DNA of 64,000 nt from an uncultured Candidatus Rokubacteria bacterium (GTDB lineage: Bacteria; Methylomirabilota; Methylomirabilia; Rokubacteriales; CSP1-6): NCBI GenBank assembly GCA_963789955.1, contig CAWBMV010000015.1:160001-224000 (forward strand), read 5' to 3'. The number at the start of each line of letters is the position of its first letter. The first letter of the stretch is position 1. The notes under the pieces are model-generated. The model searched no databases, had not been told where the DNA came from, and saw only the letters and a list, made by a program, of their open reading frames with translations. A program made the position numbers and the translations under genes. This document shows positions 1 to 10,543 of the stretch, piece by piece.

Positions 1-902
1 GTCGCGTCGCGCGCGACGAAGCGACGCGTGTTCTGAACGGGCGGATCGTAGCGCACCACTTCACGAACGACCGCAGAGAGCTCGCCGAGATCCGCACGGC
101 GCGCGCCGTGGGGCCGGTGTCGACCCAATGTCACCAGGGAGTTCCCGATCAACCCGGCGGTGGCTTCGTACGCCTGGGACAGAAAACCGATGCCGTTGGC
201 GACGACGTCCTCGCGCTCGGCGCGGCCCGCGCTCGCGACTTCTCGATCCAGATCGCCGAGCAAGGTGAGCGGAGACGTGCGACCGCGCGCGTCCAGCAGC
301 GCTCGGAAGGCCTCGAGCATCTGGGAGGCCGCGGCGGTCCCGCGCGCCAGTCGCTCGCTCGTCGCAGCGGGCGCGATGCTCTCGGCGAAGGCGCGCACCA
401 GCGCGGCCGTGTGAGCCAGCTGGTCCGGCGCCACCCCGAGCAAGCCGGCGAGTACGTACGACGATAAGCTGAACGCGAACTCGTTCAGGCGCACGGCGTC
501 GCGGGCCGGCTCCAGCTCCTTGACGAGGTGCTCGGCCCAGTGTCGGGCCTGTTCGCCGACGGATGCCTCGATGCGAGCCGTCGCCGCCGACACGGCCGGC
601 TTCATCGCCGCGTGGCGCGCCCCGTCGTTCATGCGCACGAGGCGGCCGAAAATGGCGCCGGCGGGTGATCCCAGCAGGGCACCAGGCACCGGTTCGGCCG
701 GCGGGCGGACCAGACACGCGGGATGGCCGAGGACGTCCGTCACCGCGGCGGCGCTGCATGCGACCCACAATCCGAGCGCCTCGTCCCGGTGGACGGGCCG
801 GGTCGCGACGAGCTCCGCGTAGTACGGATACGGATCGCGGTGTGTCACCGCGGCGATCGGATCGCTCGGACGGTCGTGGGCGCGCGCCGCCGCCGTGCTC
901 AT
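1..902 (-). CDS. Cytochrome P450 (C-terminus runs off the window edge)
   Basis: Not in the ORF track. Manual translation from ATG 902: MSTAAARAHDRPSDPIAAVTHRDPYPYYAEL..., I-helix-like GFLSQAYEATAGLIGNSL, K-helix ExxR (EVVRYDPPVQNTRRF). The heme Cys lies outside the window. Confidence 0.85.
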   Translation of the reverse strand, partial: MSTAAARAHDRPSDPIAAVTHRDPYPYYAELVATRPVHRDEALGLWVACSAAAVTDVLGHPACLVRPPAEPVPGALLGSPAGAIFGRLVRMNDGARHAAMKPAVSAATARIEASVGEQARHWAEHLVKELEPARDAVRLNEFAFSLSSYVLAGLLGVAPDQLAHTAALVRAFAESIAPAATSERLARGTAAASQMLEAFRALLDARGRTSPLTLLGDLDREVASAGRAEREDVVANGIGFLSQAYEATAGLIGNSLVTLGRHRPHGARRADLGELSAVVREVVRYDPPVQNTRRFVARDA

Positions 903-1711
903 CGCGCGAACAGATCGGCCCACGTCGCGACGCGGCGGCCATGCCACGTCGGCCCCTCGCGCACGAACTTCCATTCCGGGTTTTTGGCGACATCGCGTAG
1001 GGCATCGCACACCTGATGGAACGTCGGCACGTCGGCGTCGGCGCACTCGAAGTAGGTGACGAAGTCGTACGTGCCCTCGGGCGCCGGCTCGGTCGCGGCC
1101 TTGTAGGTTCGCCGAAGCAGGCACGAGATGCCGGCGGCCGAGGCGAGCGCGTGACCTTCGTTCTGCATGCGGCCGTTGTCGTCGTAGCGCGGCAGGAAGT
1201 AGGTATGGCGCTCCATCCAGTCCTTTGCCCACCAGCCGGCCGTCTTGCTCATCGGGATCAGAAAGCCGTTGGGCATGAGACGTCCGGGCTGCTGCACGAC
1301 CTGATGCGCGTAGGCGAAGTTGTTCATGGCCGCGCCGGTATACGTCCGTGGGCGCACGACGCCACCGATCACGCGCAGGCGGGCCATCGACCCGAGCAGG
1401 CGACTGGCCTCGGCGCAGAAGTCGCCGACCGGCTGCGCGGTCGGCGCCGCCACGTGCACGACCACGTCGGCCTGGCCGACGCCGTCGTCGGCGATGGCGC
1501 CGCTCGTCGCGCCGTTCCGGCGCAGGAACGCGATCGATTGCGCCGGCGGGCCCTGGGCGGGCTCGAATTCATTCACGAGCCCGAGCTTCTCGGCGAGCGC
1601 GGGGATCGCGACGGCCGCGACGGCGCGCGGATCGGCGCCGTCGGCGAGCCGCAGGCACACGTACGCGCCGTGGCGGAGGACTTCACGGGGGAGGACCGAG
1701 TTGTCGAGCAT
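899..1711 (-). CDS. Chlorite dismutase-like heme protein (Cld/ChdC family)
   Basis: LIPMSKTAGWW...ER...H...R...YDFVTYFE...EWKFVRE pattern; GGAGG RBS before ATG 1711; stop overlaps the P450 ATG (ATGA). Confidence 0.72.
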   Translation of the reverse strand: MLDNSVLPREVLRHGAYVCLRLADGADPRAVAAVAIPALAEKLGLVNEFEPAQGPPAQSIAFLRRNGATSGAIADDGVGQADVVVHVAAPTAQPVGDFCAEASRLLGSMARLRVIGGVVRPRTYTGAAMNNFAYAHQVVQQPGRLMPNGFLIPMSKTAGWWAKDWMERHTYFLPRYDDNGRMQNEGHALASAAGISCLLRRTYKAATEPAPEGTYDFVTYFECADADVPTFHQVCDALRDVAKNPEWKFVREGPTWHGRRVATWADLFAR

Positions 1712-1810
1712 CGCGCACCTCCTGGACGGGTTCACCGTCCTTCGATGCGTCACCGTAGCCGCGCGGCCGGACATGTGTCCAATGCATAGAACGGAGGAGG
1801 GTCATCAGCT

Positions 1811-2785
1811 ATGCTTATGGCCGTGGAGGTCGACCAGGTCGAGACGTTCGTGGCGATCGTTCGGGGCGGCGGCTTCACGAAGGCCGCGTCGCTCCTGCAT
1901 CTCTCGCAGCCGGCGGTGAGCCGCCGGCTCGACCTGCTCGAGCGTGAGCTCGGCGCTCCGCTGTTCGAGCGGATCCGGAGCGGCGTGACGCTCACCGAGG
2001 CCGGCCGCACGTTCCTGCCTCACGCCGAGGGGTTGCTGGCCTGCATGCGCGACGGCTTCGACTCCGTCCGGGCGCTGCATCAGGTCGATCGCGGCACGAT
2101 CACCCTGGCGCTCGTCGGCACCCTCGCGAGCACGACCCTGACCGGCTGCCTGCAGCGTTTCCGCGACGCACACCCGCGGGTCGAGCTGAGGCTGCGCACC
2201 GCGCTCAGCCAGGAGGTCAGCGTGCTGGTGCGGCGCGGCGACGCGACGCTCGGGCTGCGCTACGGCGGCGATCCGCATCCGGAGATGCGCTCCGTCGGCG
2301 TGTACGATGAGCCGATGATGGTCGTCTGCTCGCCGCGCCACCCGTTGGCACGACGACGCAAGGTCACGCCGTCGGCGCTCGGGCCGGAGCGGTGGGTCGC
2401 GTTTCCGCCGCGCAACGACGCGTTCTACGAGCCGTATCCCTGGTCGCTCCAGAACCGGCTGGCCGCGTGGGGGCTGAGCCCGGCCGAGATCATCCCGATC
2501 GATAGCCTCACGGCGCAGAAGCGCATGGTCGAGGCGGGGTTCGGCCTGGCGCTCTTGCCCGAGAGCAGCGTGGACGAGGAGCTGCGCGCGGGCACGTTGC
2601 GCGAGATGCGGATCGCGGGCAAGCGCGTCACGATCCCGGTCGTCTTGATCCACCGCCGTCGCGGATACCTGAGCGGTGCCGCGAAGGCTCTGATGAGCGA
2701 GCTGGCGGCGTGGCCGACGTCCGCGCGCCGCACGGACAGCCCGCCGGGCCGCCGCAGGCCCAGAGCCCGGCTCGGGAAAACTTGA
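1811..2785 (+). CDS. LysR-family transcriptional regulator
   Basis: HTH GGFTKAASLLHLSQPAVSRRLDLLERELGAPLFER plus substrate-binding domain; divergent from the Cld-like/P450 pair. Confidence 0.95.
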   Translation: MLMAVEVDQVETFVAIVRGGGFTKAASLLHLSQPAVSRRLDLLERELGAPLFERIRSGVTLTEAGRTFLPHAEGLLACMRDGFDSVRALHQVDRGTITLALVGTLASTTLTGCLQRFRDAHPRVELRLRTALSQEVSVLVRRGDATLGLRYGGDPHPEMRSVGVYDEPMMVVCSPRHPLARRRKVTPSALGPERWVAFPPRNDAFYEPYPWSLQNRLAAWGLSPAEIIPIDSLTAQKRMVEAGFGLALLPESSVDEELRAGTLREMRIAGKRVTIPVVLIHRRRGYLSGAAKALMSELAAWPTSARRTDSPPGRRRPRARLGKT

Positions 2786-2842
2786 GTCCACACATCGAAT
2801 TTTGCTTGTATGTGAGGTATATGCGAACCATCGAGAGCGCCA

Positions 2843-4876
2843 TTGGCAAAGCGTAGTCGTAAAGCGAGTCGTCTCGAGCCGAGCCCCACGCCCGAAGCGC
2901 CGAAGCCGGCGGTCGCGGCGGCCCCCAAGCAGGGGATCTCCGCCGTCGAGATGGGAGCTCGCCAGCGCGAGATCTCCGTCTCCGAGTTCTTCACCAAGAA
3001 CCGACATCTCCTGGGATTCGACAATCCGCGCAAAGCCCTGCTGACCTGCGTCAAGGAAGCCGTCGACAACGCGCTCGACGCCTGCGAAGAGGCCGGGATT
3101 CTCCCGGACATCGTCGTCAAGGTGGAGGCGGTCGGCAACGGAGGCCCGCCGCCCCCGGCGAGCCAGGCGAGCCGCTTCCGCATCACCGTCACCGACAACG
3201 GCCCGGGCATCGTCCGGCAGCAGATCCCGCCGATCTTCGCCAAGCTCCTCTACGGCTCGAAGTTCCATCGGCTCCGCATGAGCCGTGGCCAGCAGGGCAT
3301 CGGCATCTCGGCCGCCGGCATGTACGGTCAGCTCACGACCGGCAAGCCCGTCCAGATCATCTCGCGCACGAGCGCGAGATCGCCCGCGCACTTCTTCGAG
3401 GTCCAGATCGATACCAAGAAGAACGAGCCGCAGATTCTCGAGAAGAAGCAGATCGACTGGGAGTCGCCGCGCGGCACCCAGGTCACCCTGGAAGTCGAGG
3501 GCCGCTACCAGAAAGGCCGCGCGTCGGTCGACGAGTACGTCGAGCAGACGATCATCGCGAACCCGCACGTCAAGCTGACGTACTTCACGCCGGAGGGCGA
3601 GACCAAGGAGCTGCCCCGGACCTACGATCAGGTTCCCGAGTCGCCGCGCGAGATCAAGCCGCATCCCTACGGCATCGAGCTCGGGATGCTGCTCAAGATG
3701 CTGCAGGACACGAAGAGCCACTGGGTGTCAGGGTTCCTGGCCGGCGACTTCAGTCGGGTGTCGCCGCGTCTGGCCGAGGACATCTGCAAGACCGCGGGTG
3801 TCTCGCCGCGCGCGCGCCCGCGCGACGTTCACGGCCAGGCCGCGGAGAATCTCTATAAAGCGATCCAGTCCACGAAGATCATGGCGCCGCCGACCAATTG
3901 CCTCTCGCCCATCGGCGAGCGGGCGATCCTCTCGGGGCTCTATCAGCAGATCAAAGGTGATTTCTACACGGCGGTCAGCCGGCCGCCGGCGGTGTACCGC
4001 GGCAACCCCTTCGTGATCGAGGCCGGTCTGGCGTTCGGGCGCGGGCCCGAGCAGGCGCAGGAGGACCAGCAGAAGAAGGCGGTCCCGCTCGCGGAGGGTG
4101 AAGCGGATCAGGGTGACGACCGCGAGCTCGCGCGCGTCATCCGCTACGCGAACCGGGTGCCGCTCCTCTATCAGCAGTCGGCCTGCGCCATCTTCAAGTC
4201 GGTGCTCGACACGACGTGGCGCAACTACGGCGTGACCCAATCGCGGGGCGCGCTCCCGGCTGGGCCGATGGTGATTTTCGTCCACATGGCCTCGGTCTGG
4301 GTGCCGTTCACCAGCGAGTCCAAGGAAGCGATCGCCGAGTACGACGAGATCGGCAAGGAGATCACCCTGGCGCTCCGCGAGTGCGGCCGGCGGCTCGGCG
4401 CCTTTCTCCGGCGGCGCGAGCGGGCGCACAGCGAGCAGAGCCGGCGCAACATCTTCGAGCTCTATATCGAGGAAGTCGTCGAGTCGTGTAATCGCCTGAA
4501 GGGCGGCCGGCTGCCCGTCGCGAAGCTGAAGGAGCAGCTCCAGAAGATGGCCATGAAGCGAACCGGAGGCGAGAAGACCGACGAGGTCCTCGGCAAGAAC
4601 GGTCATGCCCCGGAAGGCCTCCCGCATTCGATCATCGTCACTGCGGACGGCGTCGAGGGCGAAGTGCCGACGGTGATCGCGCCACCTGTCACGGTCGCGC
4701 CCGCGAACGGAAATGGCCATCCGGCCGCGGAAGAGAAGACCGAGAAGCGTCGCCGCGGCACAAAGGCCCGACACGAGACCGTCGGGCGCACCGTGCACGA
4801 GAAGACCGGGCGCAAGCCCCAGAAGGCTCGCGCAGCCGCGCGACCGAAGGCGCGCACGGCGCGCAGGAAGGCGTAG
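2843..4876 (+). CDS. top6B: DNA topoisomerase VI subunit B
   Basis: REISVSEFF, GHKL motifs KEAVDNALDA, DNGPGI, GSKF..SRGQQGIGIS, RYANRVPLLY, PFTSESKEAI; TTG start; Lys/Arg-rich C-tail. Confidence 0.95.
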   Translation: MAKRSRKASRLEPSPTPEAPKPAVAAAPKQGISAVEMGARQREISVSEFFTKNRHLLGFDNPRKALLTCVKEAVDNALDACEEAGILPDIVVKVEAVGNGGPPPPASQASRFRITVTDNGPGIVRQQIPPIFAKLLYGSKFHRLRMSRGQQGIGISAAGMYGQLTTGKPVQIISRTSARSPAHFFEVQIDTKKNEPQILEKKQIDWESPRGTQVTLEVEGRYQKGRASVDEYVEQTIIANPHVKLTYFTPEGETKELPRTYDQVPESPREIKPHPYGIELGMLLKMLQDTKSHWVSGFLAGDFSRVSPRLAEDICKTAGVSPRARPRDVHGQAAENLYKAIQSTKIMAPPTNCLSPIGERAILSGLYQQIKGDFYTAVSRPPAVYRGNPFVIEAGLAFGRGPEQAQEDQQKKAVPLAEGEADQGDDRELARVIRYANRVPLLYQQSACAIFKSVLDTTWRNYGVTQSRGALPAGPMVIFVHMASVWVPFTSESKEAIAEYDEIGKEITLALRECGRRLGAFLRRRERAHSEQSRRNIFELYIEEVVESCNRLKGGRLPVAKLKEQLQKMAMKRTGGEKTDEVLGKNGHAPEGLPHSIIVTADGVEGEVPTVIAPPVTVAPANGNGHPAAEEKTEKRRRGTKARHETVGRTVHEKTGRKPQKARAAARPKARTARRKA

Positions 4877-4885
4877 GACACGGCG

Positions 4886-5989
4886 ATGGCCACGAAAGTC
4901 CGGAAGGTCAGCGGAGTCGAGAAGAAGCTCGTGGGGGTGGCCGACCTCGTCATCGACGCGGCGCAACGGCGCCGTGATCCCACCCTGGCGATCCCGGTCC
5001 GCTCGCTCTCCAACATCACCTTCGACGAGCGCAAGGGCCTGATCGAGCTGGGCAAGCGCAAGCAGGCGCGGTCGTTCTTCAACGTCGGCATGGCCAAGAA
5101 GTTCATGCAGACGGTGCTGGTGGCCGACGCCCTCTGCGAGCTGCAGCGGGCGAACCTCACGACCTCGCTCCGCGAGATCTACTACCGCACCAAGCACACC
5201 ATCAAGAACTCACACGAGAACACGCTCGACACGCAGGACGAGTCCGATCCGCTCATCGAAGATCTCGAGGTGACCCTGGCGGCGCTCCGCGAGGAGCTGC
5301 ACGTGCGCGCGGAGAACGCCGGGTCCATCGTCGGCCCCCTGGTGCTGGTCGACGACGGCGACCGGGTGGACTGCGCGAGGCTCGGGAAGGGCGGCTATTC
5401 CGTGCCGTCGATCGTCGAGCCCGAGTATCTGGAGATCCGGCAGTGCACGGCCGACTTCGTCCTGCTCGTCGAGAAGGGTACGCAGTGGAACCGGCTCTCG
5501 GAGGACAAGTTCTGGCGGACGCACAACTGCGTGCTGCTGACCGGCAACGGACAGCCCCCGCGCGGCGTGCGGCGGCTGGCGCGGCGGCTGCACGACGAGA
5601 AGAAGCTCCCCGTCTACGTCCTGGTGGACAACGACCCGTGGGGCTACTACATCTACTCGGTCATCAAGCAGGGCTCGATCAACCTGGCGTTCGAGAGCCA
5701 GCGCATGGCCATTCCGAAGGCGAAGTTCATCGGGCTCTCGAGCGCGGATCCCGAGGCGTACGAGCTGCCGCGCAACGTCGGCATCAAGCTCAACGACAAG
5801 GACACCGCCCGCGCCAAGGAGCTGCTCGGCTACACCTGGTTTCAGAAGAAGGGCTGGCAGACCGAGATCAAGCGGATGCTCTCGAGCGGGCTCAAGTACG
5901 AGCTGGACGCGCTCGCCAACAAGGACTTCCAGTTCCTCACCAAGAAGTACCTGCCGCGCAAGCTGAAAGAGAAGGATTGGTTGGACTAG
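4886..5989 (+). CDS. top6A: DNA topoisomerase VI subunit A (Spo11-like)
   Basis: Catalytic-Tyr motif SLREIYY, TOPRIM VEK, GNGQP, DNDPWG, ELDAL; 9 bp after top6B. Confidence 0.95.
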   Translation: MATKVRKVSGVEKKLVGVADLVIDAAQRRRDPTLAIPVRSLSNITFDERKGLIELGKRKQARSFFNVGMAKKFMQTVLVADALCELQRANLTTSLREIYYRTKHTIKNSHENTLDTQDESDPLIEDLEVTLAALREELHVRAENAGSIVGPLVLVDDGDRVDCARLGKGGYSVPSIVEPEYLEIRQCTADFVLLVEKGTQWNRLSEDKFWRTHNCVLLTGNGQPPRGVRRLARRLHDEKKLPVYVLVDNDPWGYYIYSVIKQGSINLAFESQRMAIPKAKFIGLSSADPEAYELPRNVGIKLNDKDTARAKELLGYTWFQKKGWQTEIKRMLSSGLKYELDALANKDFQFLTKKYLPRKLKEKDWLD

Positions 5990-5998
5990 ACTGATGCC

Positions 5999-6781
5999 GT
6001 GCCGCTGGTCTCGTTCCACGACGTCCAGAAGACCTATCGCTCGCTGCAGGGCGAGGACTACCCCGCGCTAGAGCACTTCAGCCTCGACATCGAGGTCGGC
6101 GAGTTCTTCTGCCTGCTCGGCCCGAGCGGCTGCGGCAAGACGACGGTGCTGAAGATGCTCGCGGGCTTCGAGGGCCCGACCGCCGGCCGGATCCTGATGG
6201 AAGGCCGTCCGGTCACCGGCGCCAGCCGCGACCGCGGCGTCGTGTTTCAAGGCGACGACTCGCTCTACGGCTGGCTCACCGCCATCGAGAACGTCGAGTT
6301 CGGGCTGCGCATGCGCCACGTGGGGAAGACCGAGCGGCGCGAGCGCGCGATGCGCTACCTGGAGCTGGTCGGGCTCCGCGGCCAGGAGCGGAAGTATCCC
6401 GTCGAGCTCTCGGGCGGGATGAAGCAGCGCATCCAGATCGCGCGGGTGCTGGCGAACGAGCCGAAGATGCTCCTCATGGACGAGCCGTTCGCCGCGCTGG
6501 ACGCCCAGACCCGCGCGTTGATGCAGCTCGAGCTGGCCAACATCTGGCAGGCCACGCGCACGACGGTCCTCTTCATCACGCACGACATCGACGAGGCGGT
6601 CACCCTGGGCAAGCGCATCGGCGTGATGCGCGCCGGGCCGCGCTCGCAGGTCAAGGGCGTCGTCGAGGTGTCGCTGAACGGCGCGCGCAGCCGCACCGAC
6701 GACGCGTTCCTCGGCTACTACAAGCAGGTGTATGAGATGATCCGCGACGAAGTCGCCAAATCCCTCTCGCGTACGGACTGA
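5999..6781 (+). CDS. ABC transporter ATP-binding protein (NitT/TauT family)
   Basis: Walker A GPSGCGKT, LSGGMKQR, LLMDEPF, H-loop ITHDIDE. Confidence 0.93.
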   Translation: MPLVSFHDVQKTYRSLQGEDYPALEHFSLDIEVGEFFCLLGPSGCGKTTVLKMLAGFEGPTAGRILMEGRPVTGASRDRGVVFQGDDSLYGWLTAIENVEFGLRMRHVGKTERRERAMRYLELVGLRGQERKYPVELSGGMKQRIQIARVLANEPKMLLMDEPFAALDAQTRALMQLELANIWQATRTTVLFITHDIDEAVTLGKRIGVMRAGPRSQVKGVVEVSLNGARSRTDDAFLGYYKQVYEMIRDEVAKSLSRTD

Positions 6782-6784
6782 TCC

Positions 6785-7554
6785 ATGCGCCTGGCGCGGC
6801 AGCTCTTGACGGTGTACGGAGCGTACGCGCTCGGATTCGCGAGCCTGTTCGTGATCTGGCAGCTGACGTCGATCTATCTGGTCGGCTCGGTGCTCTTCCC
6901 GCCGCCGACGGTCGTCTTGCGCAAGGGCCTCTGCTGGCGCGCAACGGCATCCTGTTCGAGCATCTGTGGGCGAGCCTCCAGCGGATCCTGGCCGGCTTCG
7001 TCGCCGGCTCGCTGCTGGGCATCCCGATCGGGCTGGCGATGGGCTCGTTCCGGCCGGTGCGCAAGCTGCTGGAGCCGTACACGGAGTTCTTGCGCTTCAT
7101 CCCGTCGGTCGCCATGATCACGGTGGCCGTGATCTGGTTCGGGATCGGCGAGGCGTCCAAGGTCTTCCTCATCATCTACACGACGATCTTCATCGTCATC
7201 CTGAACACGGCGGCCGGCGTCTCGGCGATCGCGCCCAACAAGATCCGCGCGGCCGAGTCGCTGGGCGCGACGCAGGCGCAGATCTTCCTCCACGTGGCGC
7301 TCCCGGCGACCGTGCCCTACATCCTGACCGGGATGCGCCTGGCGATGGCCAACTCGTTCACGACGATCGTCGCGGCGGAGCTGATCGCCGCCAACGACGG
7401 CCTGGGCAAGATGCTGTGGGACGGGCGGCTGTTCATGCTGGTCGACGAGATCTTCGTGTCGCTCGTCACCCTGGGATTTCTCGGTTTCGCCACCGATCGG
7501 CTGTTTCGCTGGAGCATCTATACCTTTGCGGGCAAATACTCGCCGGCGACCTAG
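6785..7554 (+). CDS. ABC transporter permease (NitT/TauT), frameshift near 6930
   Basis: N-half LFPPP and C-half EAA-like AAESLGA, TIVAAELI lie in two frames. Confidence 0.88.
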
Positions 7555-7630
7555 TGAGGCCCGCCGGCGTGGGCGCGGGACCCGGTCTCGCGCACGTGCA
7601 ACGTCACCTCGATCGAGAAGGGGAGCCGTC

Positions 7631-8596
7631 ATGCTGACACGCGGTGTGCGATACCTGCTCGTTCTGAGCGTCCTGCTGTGGAGCGGTACTGCGTGGGCGC
7701 AGACCAAGATGACCATCGCGACCGGAGTGGACCCGGTCTTCTCCGCCTACTACGTGGCCCAGCAGGAAGGGCTCTTCAAGAAGCACGGGCTCGACGTACG
7801 GATCAACACGGGCCCTTCCGGCTCGGCCATGGTGTCGTTCCTCATCAACGGCCAAATCGAATCCGCCTTCGGCTCGGAGATCGCGGGGGTCGCCAACCAC
7901 AACCTCGATCCCAACGTGGTCGTGGTGGCGCAGGCCACGCGCCTGGTGCGCTGGATCGCGATCGTGGGTCGCAACGTCGACAACCTCGAGCAGCTGAAGG
8001 GCAAGAAGATCGGCGTGGCCCGCGGCTCGGGCGGCGAGGTGTTCTGGCTGGCCCTGGTCGACAAGCTCAAGCTGAACGCGGCGGACTACACGGTGGTGAA
8101 CGTCGAGGCGCCGGAGATGATCGCGGCGCTCGAGCGCGGCAACATCGACGCCTACGCCGTGTGGGAGCCGTGGGTCACCCGCGGTCTGGCGGCCGTCAAG
8201 AACACGAAGGTGCTCCGAGGACCAGGAGGGCATCCTCGAGCAAGGCGTGCTACATCTACATGAACCTCGGCTGGATCAAGAAGAATCCGGAGCAGGCCGA
8301 GGGATTCGTGCGCGCCCTCATCGAGGCGACGGACATCATCAACAAGGATCGCAAGCGCGCCGCCAAGGACGTGTCGGACTTCCTCAAGAGCCTCGACCCG
8401 CAACTGGTGGAGCAGCTCATGACGAAGCTCCGCTTCGAGATGGTGCCTGGACGACTTCACCATCAGCTTGTTCCGGCTCGCCGAGACGCAGCTCAAGCAG
8501 CAGGGCAAGCTCACGAAGCCGCTCGACCTGGGCGCGTTCGTGTACCCGGATCTTCTTCGCAAACTTCAGCCCAAGAGCGTGAACTACAAACCGTGA
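7631..8596 (+). CDS. ABC transporter substrate-binding protein (NMT1/SsuA-like), frameshifted
   Basis: Signal peptide ending AWA-Q; LKGKKIGV, IDAYAVWEPW; continues in other frames after ~8220 and ~8445. Confidence 0.85.
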
Positions 8597-8633
8597 GACC
8601 ACGCGCCGCCGCCCCCGACGCGAGCCGCCGGCG

Positions 8634-9944
8634 ATGAGGCGCTCGCTCTCCCAGAGCCCGGGGCGGATTTTCTACGGCTGGTGGATCGTGGCGATCGGCT
8701 GCGTGCAGGACGCGGTGAAGGGCGGGCTCTTCAACACCGGGTTCACGCTCTATTTCCTGCCGGTCCTCACCGAGCTGCAATCTCAGCCGCGCCGCGACCT
8801 CGCTGCCGTTCTCACTCGTCCCGGCTCGAGGCGGCGCTCGGCGCGCCGTTCGTCGGATATCTCATCGATCGATTCGACGTCAGGGTGATGCTGGTCGCGG
8901 GGACGTTGCTCGCGGGCCTGGGGCTCATCCTGCTCTCGCTCACGCACAGCTACCTTCTCTTCCTCCTCGTCTTCATCGGGCCCCCTGAGCTTCGGCTTCC
9001 AGGCTGGGTTCAATCAGGCGACCCTGGCCGTGGTCGCCCACTGGTTTCGCCGCAAGCGAGGGCTCGCGATGGCGATCGTCCAGACCGGCCAGGCCATCGG
9101 CGGCGTGTTGATCTTTCCGCTGGTCGCGCTGGCCGTGTTGAAGCTCGGCTGGCGGACGGCCGCGGTCCTGTCCGGCCTGGTCGTGCTCACGTTGCTTCCG
9201 CTCGTGCTCTTCATCCGGCGCTCTCCGGAGAGCATGGGCCTGCTGCCCGACGGTGATCGCTCGCCCGCGCAGGACCGACACGCAAGCCCCGCGGGGTTCA
9301 CGCCGCCGCTCGACGACACCCGAGAGTTCACCACCCGGGAGGCGCTGCGGACGCCGACGTTCTGGCTGCTCGCCGCGTTCCACGGCCTGCGCAACGTCCC
9401 GTACGCCGGCGTGACCGTGCATCTGGTGCCGCTCCTGGTCTGGAAGGGGCTCGACGAGCCGGCGGCGGCGTTCTACGTCGGACTCACGGCGCTGGCGACC
9501 GTCGTCAGCCGGCCGCTGACGGGGTGGCTCGGCGATCGGCAGTCGAAGCAAATGATCGGCGCCGTGGGCGTCTTGCTGGGCGCCGCCGGCCTGGCCGTGC
9601 TGGCGTACGGCGACGGGGCGTGGTGGGCGCTCGTGCTCTTCGCCGTCCTGTTTTCGTTCGGCGACGGCGTCAACTCGGTGACGTGGGCCCTGGTCGGCGA
9701 CGTGTTCGGTCGAGCCCACTTCGCGACGATCCGGGGCTGGATCAGCATGTTCCAGAGCTTTGCCTCGATGCCGGCCGCCGTGTACACGGGCTGGGTCTAC
9801 GACCGGACGCAGAGCTACACGCAGGCGCTGATCGCGTTCGTGATCTGCTACGGCGCGGCCGCGATCGTCTTGTGGCTGGTGCCGGACCCGACGCGGCCGG
9901 CACCGGTCGCCGTGGCGGCGAGCCGGGCGCTGAGCGCCTCCTAG
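8634..9944 (+). CDS. MFS transporter, frameshifted in the N-half
   Basis: FYGWWIVA, GYLIDRFDVR, HWFRRKRGLA, GWLGDRQ, GWVYDRTQSY; multiple TM segments. Confidence 0.88.
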
Positions 9945-10436
9945 AACGTCGCGCTGATCTTCGCGCCCTTCGAGGTCTGACACGAGCCGGCGCCGCCGCC
10001 GCGCATGCCGGCTTCCGAGGCGTCGAGCTCGAAGCGGCAGAGCATCGTGGTGCCGCGATTGCCCTTCAAGGTCGCGATCGCCTTGTTTTCGTGCGTGCGG
10101 AGGAACGTGCCGGAGTCGCGCGCCGCGCCCCACATGGTGTCGTCGATCGCGCCGCGAATCTCGGGCGGGTCGTCGCCGGTCCAGGCCGCGTCGATCGCGC
10201 CGCGAGCCAGGTCCTTCTTCACGACGGTGTACTTGCCCGAGAACCGCTCGCCGTCGGGCATGACGGCCGTCATCGTTCCGCGTGCCGCCAAAGAGCCCCG
10301 ATTCCCAGCTCATCGTCAGCGGCACCCGCGGCTGACCGGCGACGGCGACCTGTCCGGTCACCGACCCGGAGGCGCACCCGACGGCAGCGAGGGCGAGCAG
10401 CGAGAGCAGCACGATCGGGAACGCGTTCGTCTTCAT
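9941..10436 (-). CDS. Hypothetical lipoprotein, frameshift near 10285
   Basis: MKTNAFPIVLLSLLALAAVGC lipobox; C-half MPDGERFSGKY...C...GGGAGSC. Confidence 0.6.
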
Positions 10437-10543
10437 GCGGTTCGTCCTCTGGGGCGACGTGAACTTCGGGTGAGAGGCGATGATAAGCGATCGCGCGCTC
10501 CCGCGAAAGCGCGTCTGAACCGAGCTTCGAGAGCCGCCGCGGG

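Noticed and set aside
61..1005. 314-aa minus-strand ORF from the track
   Set aside because: Wrong frame; the P450 frame (ATG 902, open to the window edge) carries the recognisable motifs.
2843..5989. Wadjet/JetD-type or other TOPRIM defence system
   Set aside because: The pair has canonical Top6B and Top6A motifs, with no SMC/kleisin genes or defence-island context.
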